A stretch of DNA of 64,000 bases, from positions 608,001 through 672,000 of the forward strand of contig CAVSOU010000011.1 of assembly GCA_963729625.1 (NCBI GenBank), written 5' to 3'. This DNA comes from an uncultured bacterium. GTDB lineage: Bacteria; Chloroflexota; UBA5177; JANWHV01. The position numbers were made by a program, and so were the translations under genes. Shown here piece after piece: positions 1 to 9,329 of the stretch. How positions within the stretch are numbered: the stretch's first letter is position 1; every line of letters begins with the position of its first letter. A model generated the notes under the pieces. It saw only the letters and a program-made list of their open reading frames with translations, did no database searches and was not told where the DNA came from.

Positions 1-904
1 CGATACCATCACCGCCCATGAACATGGCGTTCACGCCGGCGGCCTTGAGGGCGTCGGCAAGGACCGTCCCACCGCCGGTTGACGCTGCCCATTCGCCGCC
101 AAAGAACACCAGATCCACTTTGCCGCCGGCAGCATGGGCGATGCTCCGGGCGATTGCGTCCGTGTTCAGCTTGGGCTTCCGCAGATCGAGCTGAGCATAG
201 CCCGCGACGGTGGCGCCCAATCTGAGGGCTTCCGACCTGAACGCCTGCGCGAGTCCTACGCCGTAGGCGCCGGTGTTGTCAACAATAAAGATTCGTGCAG
301 CATGCAGGACATGGACCGCATAGTACGCGTCGGTAGGTCCCTGAAACGCGTCGGTGGGCACCGTGCGGAAGAACGTCAGCGGCCCCAGCCCGGCGGCAGT
401 CCGCGGCTCGTACGTGGCACGCAAGCTGGGATCCGTCAGCTTTGGGCTCGAACAGGAGGGCGTGATTTGGGTTAGGCCGGCGGCATTGTCAACCGGTTCC
501 GAGGCCATCGCGGCACTGCTGTTGGCGGGACCGACCTCACCGATCACCGTGGGATCGGCGATAAATGCCTTCGCGATCGCCACGTCCTGCGCTGGGCTAT
601 ACGCGCCGCCCACAGCGTCGTCCTTTACGAGCACTCTGAAGGCCACGCCGCCAACGATACCGGCCTGGTTGGCCTGCGCAACAGCCACTTCCACACCATG
701 GACGATGCCGACGGATATTCCTTTCAATTCGCCCATGGGCACGCTGACGCCGATCGTGGCTACTGCACCGGTGTGTGCGGTGCCCGCGTAGGCGGAGCGC
801 GGCACGACAGTGCCGGCACTGGCGATCAGGAGGGCTGTGAACGCAAGACACGATAGCACTGCAGCAAACTCGGAATGCCTATGATTTGAATGTGTCGAAT
901 ACAT
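1..904 (-). CDS. Branched-chain amino acid ABC transporter substrate-binding protein (LivJ/LivK family), 3' end runs off the window
   Basis: Not in the ORF track; translated by hand from ATG 904: signal-like N-terminus, then IGVSVP, GVEVAVAQAN, VIGEVGPANS, FFRTVPTDAFQG, GAYGVGLA, FMGGDGI. Confidence 0.9.
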   Translation of the reverse strand, partial: MYSTHSNHRHSEFAAVLSCLAFTALLIASAGTVVPRSAYAGTAHTGAVATIGVSVPMGELKGISVGIVHGVEVAVAQANQAGIVGGVAFRVLVKDDAVGGAYSPAQDVAIAKAFIADPTVIGEVGPANSSAAMASEPVDNAAGLTQITPSCSSPKLTDPSLRATYEPRTAAGLGPLTFFRTVPTDAFQGPTDAYYAVHVLHAARIFIVDNTGAYGVGLAQAFRSEALRLGATVAGYAQLDLRKPKLNTDAIARSIAHAAGGKVDLVFFGGEWAASTGGGTVLADALKAAGVNAMFMGGDGI

Positions 905-971
905 TGCCCTGCCTTTCGTACCAGTTTGGCCGATGACGTGTGGTCTTGCCGACTCGTGCTTCCAGGTTCAG

Positions 972-1817
972 TCAGCGCCCCGGCTTTCCCCCTTTCCTGG
1001 CATGGAGCTCCTCGGCCACTCGGGCTTGCACCTTGGCTTGCTCGACGTGCCCGGCTTCGAGATAGGCGATGCTCAGGTCACGGCGCAGCCTTGAGTTCTC
1101 GGGGTCCTCCCCAACTTGGGATTCGAGCAACCCAAGATGGCCGGCGTTGCCTACAGAATCGCGATGCCGACGGGACGACAGGGTGCGAATAGTGAGCCAG
1201 GCAAGCAGGACGACGAGTAGAACCGCGCAGGCCAGTGCCAGGGCAAGCACGCTCAGGCCCGTCCCGGAAGCACCCTTGCCCTGCGGCGCGCTCGCGGCTT
1301 GATTCAGCTGAATGAGCTGGTTGAGACTGGTCATCAGTGTGGTGGTCGCCGTGATCTCCTGTCCGTGGGACAAGCTACTCGCGGCCAGAGAGTTGACGAG
1401 CCCTAGCGCGCCGACCCTGGCATCCAGGTCTATCCAGTCCTGCAGCTTTTGCAGCGTGCGATCGGCGAGGGTGGTCTCGGTCGCTTCGGCCCCAGGAAGG
1501 TGTTGGTAGGCCTCGAACTCCCTCAGAGCATCGGCACGGGCGGATGCCGCCTGGCGAAGCAGGGCGTTGCTCGTCGTCAGAGTGTCCGATGTGGCGACGC
1601 CACGGGACTCACCGACTGCCGCGTTGACGCGACCTTCAACCTGGGAGAGATACGCGATGCTGGTGCTTGATCGACTACCCTCTGGCGGACTCTGACCGGC
1701 GCTCCGCGCAACCGGAATGGCGCTACCCATCACGGGGAGGAGCACCACTACCAGGGCGAACGGCACTTTTCTCAGCCCAATGTATGCCAGTCGCGACACA
1801 AACCTATCGCCTGCCAT
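972..1817 (-). CDS. Hypothetical membrane-anchored protein with helical ectodomain and TPR-like C-terminal tail
   Basis: ATG 1817 with GAGGAGG RBS; N-terminal hydrophobic segment, a second TM helix (VLALALACAVLLVVLLAWL), tail DPENSRLRRDLSIAYLEAGHVEQA. Confidence 0.6.
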   Translation of the reverse strand: MAGDRFVSRLAYIGLRKVPFALVVVLLPVMGSAIPVARSAGQSPPEGSRSSTSIAYLSQVEGRVNAAVGESRGVATSDTLTTSNALLRQAASARADALREFEAYQHLPGAEATETTLADRTLQKLQDWIDLDARVGALGLVNSLAASSLSHGQEITATTTLMTSLNQLIQLNQAASAPQGKGASGTGLSVLALALACAVLLVVLLAWLTIRTLSSRRHRDSVGNAGHLGLLESQVGEDPENSRLRRDLSIAYLEAGHVEQAKVQARVAEELHARKGGKPGR

Positions 1818-2616
1818 GCTCCCCTCCTCGTGCGAGCCGCGGATCGTGACCACATTGTGCGTTCAACCCGTCGACCCGCGCCTTCACTGGGTGCGTGTCG
1901 CCGTTGGCACGCTAGCTACGGAGTCACGACCAACGAGGCTGGACCGGCCAGCGGGCATTGGTCATTGGCTGGCTGTGCTTCCCTTTTTGCCCCACCATAT
2001 TACAACACGGTCGGTTCGCTTCGAGATAGCCGAATGGAGGGATAATGAGCACACTTTTGGCTAAAGGCATGACCGTGGAGGCCACACGGCGCTCAGCCTC
2101 ACTGACTGCGCTGGACCTGTCGAGCGGTATTCCGCGCCAGCGGTCAAGTCAGGTCATCACAAGGACATCGACCGGAATCCACTGCGGATCGAACTTCCAC
2201 AGGAATTGACACGCAGCCGGTCGCACACTGGCAAGGACCGGCACATTTTCGCGCCGGCGATGTCCACAACACAGCCGCCTGCCTCCAGGCGCTGGCGTAC
2301 CATGCAGGCAACTACGAACCGCAAGCAACGACTTCGGGAGGCTTCCTCATGATCGAACATCGGCAACGGCCGACTGGCTATCGCCCCCACGCTGTGCGGA
2401 TACCGGAACAGACAGAGCTGTATGCGCGTCCCATGGCCGTGCGGGTCGGGACTCCGCTCGCCGGACCAAGTTCACGTCGGGACTGGCGGTCATCCGAGGT
2501 GCGCGGATTTCGAATGGTGCTTTGGCGCGCCGTGCTGAGCATGGTGCACACTATGTGGGCAGATTAGGGGCAGCTTTCCGCCCCAGCGCGTAACCTGCAG
2601 CGCCGATCAGCCACAT

Positions 2617-2655
2617 GTCATCGATTTGTCATGGCTGCCGTCATCGATTTGTCAT
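2617..2655 (+). promoter_or_regulatory. Tandem Pho-box-like (OmpR/PhoB family) direct repeats
   Basis: GTCATCGATTTGTCAT at 2617-2632 and 2640-2655; four GTCAT cores spaced 11/12/11 bp. Confidence 0.55.
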
Positions 2656-3032
2656 TGCCGGGCTGTACGGTTGAAAGACGGGTGGCTCCGCCGCCCCGCC
2701 AGCACCATGATGGAGCAGATCTCCGCGGACTGCGCAGGCGGCGCACGACGACGACGACGTCGTCAAGGCGCCGATACGCTCGGCCTGTGATCATCGGACC
2801 ACGTGGTGGATCGTGAGGACGCCGCACTGCTGGCCGGCAATGCGGCGTCCCCTGCCATATCGCACGCATACCCAGGGTTGCAAGATCCTCACGTCGTAGG
2901 ACGGCATGGCCGTTTTTCATGGGCGGCGAACGAAGTGCCATGAACAGCGCTATGAGCCGGACGTTGGCGCCTTCTGCCAGATTGTCATGCTGTTTCCCGG
3001 TGTCGAACCCGAACATGGTGGAGTGACTAACA

Positions 3033-4418
3033 ATGAGCGTCGAACTCGCACAGGATTGGCGGGATACCGTGCTTCTCAGTGCGCGCCGGCGGCGCCCAGG
3101 GTTTCAGACAGCGTCGGCATGGGCGTTCACGGCAATCGTCGTGGCCAACGCGCTGGCGATCGTCGGCCTGTGGGTTTACGGCAAGAATATCTCGGGCGTG
3201 CACGGCTGGGGCGATCTTTGGACCAGTATCGGGCGGCTGACCGGGCTGCTCAGTGCCTACCTGGCCCTGATCCAGGTGCTGTTATTGGCCCGGCTGCCCT
3301 GGATTGAGCGCGTCCTGGGCTTCGACCGGCTGACCGTCTGGCATCGGCTCAACGGCAAGATCTGCCTGTATCTGGTACTTGCACATGTGGCGTTCATCAC
3401 CGTTGGCTATGCGTCCATGGACAAAGTCGTGGTCCCGACGGAAGTCTCGCGGCTTGTCCTCGACTATCCTGGCATGGTCGCGGCCACGATCGGCACGCTG
3501 GTGATGATCGGCACGGTGGTCACCTCACTGGTCGTCGTCCGCCGCCACTTCCGCTACGAGGCATGGTATGCCGTACACCTGCTGGTGTATTTGGGCATCG
3601 CCCTGGCCTGGTTCCACCAGATCCCGACCGGGAATGAGCTGACAGCAGACCCAACTGCCGCAAGCTACTGGACCTCACTCTATGTGGCTACGGCAGTGCT
3701 GCTTCTGTGGTTCCGGTTCCTGCTGCCGATCATCCAGGCGATGCGGTACCAGATGCGCGTGGAGGCGGTGACGGTCGATGGTCCGGGTGTCGTGTCGCTG
3801 CGTGTCACGGGTCGGCACCTGGAGCGGCTTCACGCGCGCGCGGGCCAATTCTTGCTCTGGCGCTTTCTCAGCCGGGACCGCTGGTGGGAGTCCCACCCCT
3901 TCTCGCTCTCAGAGGCCCCAGGCAGGCGATCGCTGCGCATCACCGTCAAAGCGTCGGGCAACTTCACCGCGCGCATGGGCGAGATCCGACCCGGCACGCG
4001 CGTTGTGACCGAGGGACCCTTCGGCGTCTTCACCGACGCGGCGCGGCGTCATGAACGAGTGCTGTTCATCGCGGGTGGCATCGGCATCACCCCGATCCGC
4101 TCCATGCTGGAGGAGATGCCTGGTGACCTCACCCTTGTCTATCGCGCGATCGCGGCCGACGATGTGGTGTTCCGGGCGGAACTTGAACGGTTGGCGCGCG
4201 ATCGCGGCTTCACGCTCTGTTTCGTGCTCGGAGACCACGCCCGGCCAGAAAACAAAGATCTGCTGTCTGCCGCGCACCTGCACCGATTGGTGCCCGACAT
4301 CGTCGAACGCGATGTCTATCTCTGTGGTCCGCCGCCTATGATGCGTCTCGTCGAGCGCAACCTGCGCAGCGCAAACGTGCCGCGCAACCACATCCACACC
4401 GAACGCTTCGCGCTCTAG
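3033..4418 (+). CDS. Ferric reductase-like transmembrane oxidoreductase with FAD/NAD-binding domain
   Basis: About 6 TM helices with paired His (VWHR, LAHV, AVHL, WFHQ); HPFSLS, GPFG, IAGGIGITP, YLCGPP, terminal ERFAL. Confidence 0.92.
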   Translation: MSVELAQDWRDTVLLSARRRRPGFQTASAWAFTAIVVANALAIVGLWVYGKNISGVHGWGDLWTSIGRLTGLLSAYLALIQVLLLARLPWIERVLGFDRLTVWHRLNGKICLYLVLAHVAFITVGYASMDKVVVPTEVSRLVLDYPGMVAATIGTLVMIGTVVTSLVVVRRHFRYEAWYAVHLLVYLGIALAWFHQIPTGNELTADPTAASYWTSLYVATAVLLLWFRFLLPIIQAMRYQMRVEAVTVDGPGVVSLRVTGRHLERLHARAGQFLLWRFLSRDRWWESHPFSLSEAPGRRSLRITVKASGNFTARMGEIRPGTRVVTEGPFGVFTDAARRHERVLFIAGGIGITPIRSMLEEMPGDLTLVYRAIAADDVVFRAELERLARDRGFTLCFVLGDHARPENKDLLSAAHLHRLVPDIVERDVYLCGPPPMMRLVERNLRSANVPRNHIHTERFAL

Positions 4419-4460
4419 CAGTCGCCGAAGCACAGAGCCAACCAGACGGAGAAGAAGACC

Positions 4461-4922
4461 ATGCAGAACAAGATCCGCACCGCACTGTATGCCACGGCCA
4501 TCGTCGCCCTTCCGGCAGGCGTCGCCGTTGCCTGGCAAGGGCCCGCCCACGGCTACATCGCTGGCGCGGCGAGCAAGCCCAAGGTCACGGCCACGCGGAC
4601 GCCCGTGGCAAAGACGACGGCGAAACCGGTTGCCGCGCACAAGTACGTGGGACCCAGCGTGAACATGCAGTGGGGGCCGGTGCAGGTGACCCTGGTGGTG
4701 AAGGGCAAGACGATCACCGACCTCTCGGCCACGGCTCCTACGGAGCGAGCGCGTTCCGCCTTCATCAACAACCAGGCGATCCCGATGCTGCGCCAGGAAG
4801 TGCTGCAAGCCAAGACTGCGGCCAAAATCAAGAACATCTATGGCATCTCGGGTGCCACCATGACCAGCCAGGCGTTCTATCAGTCGCTGCTCTCCGCGCT
4901 GACGGCCGCGCACCTGGCCTGA
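4461..4922 (+). CDS. Exported FMN-binding domain protein
   Basis: Signal peptide, Thr/Lys/Pro-rich linker, WGPVQVTLVV...KTITD, SAFINNQAIPML, flavinylation motif GISGATMTS. Confidence 0.88.
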   Translation: MQNKIRTALYATAIVALPAGVAVAWQGPAHGYIAGAASKPKVTATRTPVAKTTAKPVAAHKYVGPSVNMQWGPVQVTLVVKGKTITDLSATAPTERARSAFINNQAIPMLRQEVLQAKTAAKIKNIYGISGATMTSQAFYQSLLSALTAAHLA

Positions 4923-5083
4923 CGGAATACCAGCAGCCAGCGCACGGGTTCGCCACACGCGTGCTGCTGCGGACCCGCGCGAGGCCCGCGGGCGTACCTC
5001 ACAGGACACATGTCGGCTGTCGCGCCTGCAGTGTTTGACCGGCCCATCGAAGCATCACCGTTCCTGAGAGGAATCCAGACAGC

Positions 5084-5830
5084 ATGAACACGATGACCAG
5101 AGAGCCCCAGAACGTACCCGGAAGGCCCTGTCGGCGTGCAGCGCGGCGGCGAACGCTGACTCTCGTCGGGATAGCGACGATTGGCTGCCTGCTCGGTGCT
5201 CCGCCGGCATGGGCGGCAGGCATTACCAGTCCGCCTGCCTCCTCTGGCCGTTTGTTGGCAGTCGGCCAAAGTACGCTGACCGTTCAGACGCGGGGTGGCC
5301 AGGGCACAATTACCACGTCGTCGAGCACGCGTTACTACCAAGCCCTGCCGACGACTCTCCGCGCATTCAGTAGCGGCCAGACGGTAGCGATCGTCACGTC
5401 GCGCGCGTCGACGGCTGCGGTCAGTGTGACCATTGCTGCCACAGGCACGGCCGTGTTTGTCCGCCCGTCCGGGCGCATCGGTGGCAGCCAACGTGGAGGC
5501 GGCGATGACGCCGGCACGGGCGATGGCGGTGAAGGACGCGGCATCGGGCAGGGCCTGACGGGCAGAATTGCCACGGTTGCATCCGGCGCGTTCACCATCG
5601 TGCTGAGCGGCGGCGCCAAGCAGACGGTCATGCTCTCCACGTCTACCAAGCTGTACCGTGTCGCGTCCATTACCCGCGCGCAACTGCGAACCGGCTCGTA
5701 TGTGACCGCGCGCGTTGGGTTGGGAGTGGGTGCTCCGGCCGGCATGGTCGTCGCGGCCGCCCCCGGGGCCACGGTCTCCTTTGCTGGCGCCGTGCTCGGC
5801 GCGAACCTTGGCGCGGGAGCGACCGGTTGA
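5084..5830 (+). CDS. Secreted protein with two beta-rich repeats (DUF5666-like)
   Basis: Arg-rich signal peptide ending AWA; two similar units (GRLLAVGQSTLTV...STRYY / GRIATVASGAFTI...STKLY) around a Gly-rich linker. Confidence 0.6.
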   Translation: MNTMTREPQNVPGRPCRRAARRRTLTLVGIATIGCLLGAPPAWAAGITSPPASSGRLLAVGQSTLTVQTRGGQGTITTSSSTRYYQALPTTLRAFSSGQTVAIVTSRASTAAVSVTIAATGTAVFVRPSGRIGGSQRGGGDDAGTGDGGEGRGIGQGLTGRIATVASGAFTIVLSGGAKQTVMLSTSTKLYRVASITRAQLRTGSYVTARVGLGVGAPAGMVVAAAPGATVSFAGAVLGANLGAGATG

Positions 5831-6057
5831 GCAGGTGGAGCGGACCCCGTCTGGCCAGGATCCATGTAGAAATCACTGCGCCTTGTCCACGACAATCCAA
5901 GGATTCACCTGCCTCCTGCAGGTGTCGCAGTCCTGACGGCCCAGCGCATGCCGAACTGCTTAACAGATGTGTGCCTTGGGGCAAGCGGCCACCCTGGCTC
6001 ATGGTGTACGCTAGGCCGGTAAGGTTCGAGTTGTGACCTAGGAAGGAGCCCAGACCG

Positions 6058-6585
6058 ATGCCTGATGGTGCGCCGCCTGAGGAGACAAACTCCAGCGAAG
6101 GCAACTCTGGAGGTAGCGGTGTAGCCTGGTACACGCCATGGTTGCGTCCCAAGAGCGTGCTACTCGTCCTGCTCGGGCTGTTTGTGCTCGCACAGCTCGT
6201 GCCGGTCTGGCTCCTGCAGACTAATCCTCCTGTGTCGGGTCAGCCAGCGTGGGACAGCGCGCGCACTGCCACGCTGGTGCGGGACGCCTGCTACGACTGC
6301 CACAGCAATGCCACGACCTGGCCTTGGTACAGCCACGTCGCACCGGTCTCCTGGCTGGTCACCTATGACGTCGTCAGGGGCAGGAATCGCCTGAACTTTA
6401 CCGAATGGAAAGCCGGCGTTGGCTTTGGTGGCAGGTCGCCGGCCCGACAGGCGAGCAGAGCGGCGGAGGCGGTGACGCGGGGCAATATGCCGCCCAGCTA
6501 CTACGTGCTTATGCATCCCAAGGCGTCACTGAGCACCGCTGAGCGACAGGAACTGGCGGCCGGACTGCTCAAGTCGCTGCACTAG
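6058..6585 (+). CDS. Membrane-anchored haem-binding (c-type cytochrome, Haem_bd) protein
   Basis: TM anchor, CYDCHSN (CxxCH), WPWYSHVAPVSWLV, GR..LNFTEW, MPP..Y...HP; AGGAAGGAG RBS. Confidence 0.9.
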   Translation: MPDGAPPEETNSSEGNSGGSGVAWYTPWLRPKSVLLVLLGLFVLAQLVPVWLLQTNPPVSGQPAWDSARTATLVRDACYDCHSNATTWPWYSHVAPVSWLVTYDVVRGRNRLNFTEWKAGVGFGGRSPARQASRAAEAVTRGNMPPSYYVLMHPKASLSTAERQELAAGLLKSLH

Positions 6586-6629
6586 CGTCACGAGCGGCGC
6601 ATGCCCAACATTGCCGTCAGTGGCGAGGT

Positions 6630-7077
6630 GCGACCGTGTGAGCGCGAACGCCAGGCAGACCAGCGCCCTGGCCCGTACCGTGGTGCGCGCTGCCGCCGCC
6701 GGTTGGGCCAGCAAGTCGGCCAGCCACTGCCGCCCTTCGCCCAGGTACGCACGCTGATGCCAGTACCACATGAGCGCCCCCGCCAGCCGCAACCCCTCCT
6801 GCGCGTCCCCCACATCGAGCGCCCAGCGCAACCCCTGGCGGATATTGGTGCTCTCGGCGTCCAGTCGGTCGAGCCAGGCCGCCTGCTGCGGGCCGAGCAA
6901 GGCCGGCTCCGCCTCCTCCGCCATCGCGCGATAGTAGCCGGCGTTCCGCAGATACAGCTCCTCAGCCTCGCCTCCGGCCAGGAGCCGTTCGCGCCCATAC
7001 TGGCGCAGCATCTCCAGCAGTCTGTAGCGCGTGAGCGTCCCCTCGTGCTCCTCAACCGCTACCAGCGACCGCTCCAC
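6630..7077 (-). pseudogene. Internal fragment of an ATPase/TPR (STAND, AfsR/NB-ARC-like) regulator
   Basis: VERSLV...[16 protein letters not shown]...[19 protein letters not shown]...[12 protein letters not shown]...EGRQWL; no 5' part; left boundary approximate. Confidence 0.85.
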
Positions 7078-7689
7078 TTCACGACCCTCGACACACATGA
7101 TGGGATCGGCGTCGTTGAGGTGCAGGATCTTTTGACTGGGGACGAGATCGAGGAAACCAAGCACTGCGTCTTCGCTCGCGGGACGAACGTGAAGCACTCG
7201 TACAGCACGACGGCCTACGAGAACCTCGACATCTATCAGCTGAACAGCACGTACTACTGAGCCATCGGCAACGATGACGCGGCGTATCTGCTGGCGCGGG
7301 CCGCGCAGTTCTTCACGCCCGGCATGCAGGTGTACTACGTGGGCTTGCTGGCTGGAGAGAACGATGTCGACTTGGTAGAACGGACGCTGGTCGGGCCAGA
7401 TATCAACCGCCACGCGTACACGCGGGAGGAGATCGAGCGCAGTCTGTCCAGGCCGGTCGTGAAGCAGTTGTTCTCGCTAATGCGCTTCAGGAATAGTTAT
7501 CTGGCGTTCGATGGGACGTGCGATGTGCAGGAGGAAGGCCCGGACGAGAATTTGCAGATCGAATGGCAGCATGGAGTGTCCACCGCAGCGCTGCACGCCG
7601 ATCTCAAGAGGCGCAGCTATGTGATAACGTACTTTGAGCCCGGGCTTGACAGGCGTGTGCAGCTGGCCGATGTGTGGGGTGACAATTGA
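7075..7689 (+). pseudogene. Sucrose phosphorylase family (GH13_18) C-terminal fragment with a nonsense codon
   Basis: [12 protein letters not shown]...[25 protein letters not shown]...QVYYVGLLAGEND...INRHAYTREEI; in-frame TGA at 7258-7260; 5' half absent. Confidence 0.9.
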
Positions 7690-7990
7690 CTGGCCAAGCC
7701 CACGTCCAGAGATCCGGGCTGTCCCAATCCGCGTGCACATCGGTGAGCAGGGTCGTAACACGCACGTCACTGCTATGCGGTATCGGGCTGAGCACAGGAA
7801 GCAGGCCCTGAGGCCCCGGACGGACCGCTCCGATCACTATCGCGAAGTCAACAGTCTCCGCATCCACATAAAGGCGGAAGCCGCCTGCCACTGTGGCTGT
7901 CGGTGCGGGCGTGCAACCAGACTGTGCGCCGCCATGTTGCGATCGCGTGTTTCATCTAGCGGCAGTGGCACGACTGTCGTAGCGCCAGCT

Positions 7991-8075
7991 GTGTTTGCGT
8001 GGACCTGCGACGTACTATTGCGTGCGGACTGTGCGTGCATCTTCGTCGACACGTCGCTGATCGCATGGCGATAAT
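7991..8075 (+). promoter_or_regulatory. Promoter A: TGCGTG box array plus sigma70-like -35/-10
   Basis: TGCGTG at 7996, 8019, 8032; TCGACA 8046-8051 and GATAAT 8070-8075; colinear with 12466-12550. Confidence 0.75.
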
Positions 8076-8188
8076 GCGCAGGTAGGGTGGGCTTTCCGCA
8101 CATACGATGCGCCATACGAGATTCCATGCGACGGGCATGCGGATAGTTGCCTCGAGAATATGTCGTGCGAGGTCGGTGGAGGACCGAA

Positions 8189-9322
8189 ATGAAGGATGTG
8201 CTAGGAGTTGGTGTCCTCGGATGCGGCGATATCGCGCAGACCATGTACCTACAGGGCATTAATGCGCTCGAAGATGAAGGCGTTTGCCGGCTGGTGGCAA
8301 TCTGCGATACGGACGCCTCGCGGCTGTCGCAAGCAGCGGCGCGGTTTGCCGGCGCGCGAGCCTACGCAGATTGCGATGGGATGCTTGCCGATCCGAACGT
8401 TCACGTGGTCGTTAATCTGACGCCTAATCAGGCCCATGCCGCCTGCTCGCTGAAAGCGATTGCCTCTGGCAGACATCTCTATACCGAGAAGCCGATCGCG
8501 ACGACGATGGACGACGCAGACCGCGTGATTGACTCCGCCGCCGAACAGGGCATAACGCTGGTGTGCGCGCCGGTGATCCTCCTCCATCCGGAAGTGCGCC
8601 AAGCGGTAGAGTGGGTCAAGAATGGCAGCCTGGGCAAGGTGGCGCTTGCCCGTGCTCGTGCCTCGCACGGTGGGCCCGCACGGCTCTACGATTTCACAAC
8701 TGATCCGACCTGGTTCTACAAGGAAGGGGGCGGACCACTGTTCGACCTAGCGGTATACCCGATCTCGGTATTGTGCGCGATGCTCGGGCCCGTGCGCCAC
8801 GTCTCGGCATTCGCTGGTATCTCTTCACCAGAGCTTACCGTGCGGTCCGGCATTGCGAAAGGAAAGACGATTCATGTCGAAGTCCCGGACAACGTCCCGA
8901 TGATGCTCGATTTCGGCAACGCGACCTTCGCCATTATAGATGCGGCGTTCACCGTACTCTCAGCGAAAGGGCCGCGAATGGAGATCTACGGCGATAAGGG
9001 AACTCTCAATCTCTATTCGCGCCCAGAGGACCCTCCATACGAGCGGTACGTGGACGATCCGGAGAAAGGTGTGCGCGGCTGGCTCCAGCACGAGCTGTCG
9101 TACCGCGGCTCAGCGATTCCATATTTCGGTGCGCCGACGCATACTTCGTGGTCATTCGCCCAGGGCGTGCGGCACCTGATCGAGTGCGTGGTTGGTAACG
9201 CCAAGCCGATCCCAAGCGGCGAGCTGGCCCGCCACGTCCTCGAGATCATTCTGGCTGCCATGGAATCGGCACGCTCCGGTCGTGCAGTGGAACTGCGGAC
9301 GCGCTTTGACTTGGCATGGTGA
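8189..9322 (+). CDS. Gfo/Idh/MocA family oxidoreductase
   Basis: VGVLGCGDIA, LTPNQAH, EKPIA, GGGPLFDLAVY; GGAGG RBS. Confidence 0.93.
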   Translation: MKDVLGVGVLGCGDIAQTMYLQGINALEDEGVCRLVAICDTDASRLSQAAARFAGARAYADCDGMLADPNVHVVVNLTPNQAHAACSLKAIASGRHLYTEKPIATTMDDADRVIDSAAEQGITLVCAPVILLHPEVRQAVEWVKNGSLGKVALARARASHGGPARLYDFTTDPTWFYKEGGGPLFDLAVYPISVLCAMLGPVRHVSAFAGISSPELTVRSGIAKGKTIHVEVPDNVPMMLDFGNATFAIIDAAFTVLSAKGPRMEIYGDKGTLNLYSRPEDPPYERYVDDPEKGVRGWLQHELSYRGSAIPYFGAPTHTSWSFAQGVRHLIECVVGNAKPIPSGELARHVLEIILAAMESARSGRAVELRTRFDLAW

Positions 9323-9329
9323 AGCGTGG

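Noticed and set aside
2157-2390. Possible decayed response-regulator receiver domain (MVRQRLEAGGCVVDIAG; PVDVLVM in another frame)
   Set aside because: Similarity is too short and fragmented to support without a search.
2745-2765. (ACG)5 microsatellite
   Set aside because: Short, not clearly in a coding or promoter element, and plausible by chance in GC-rich DNA.
7258-7260. In-frame TGA as selenocysteine or a recoded codon
   Set aside because: The position corresponds to Ser in the family, the gene already lacks its 5' half, and many intact genes here end in TGA; a nonsense mutation is simpler.
6526-7413. ORFs 6601..7260 (+) and 6526..7413 (-) as real proteins
   Set aside because: Both are chimeric read-throughs across the deletion junction; only part of each resembles a known family.
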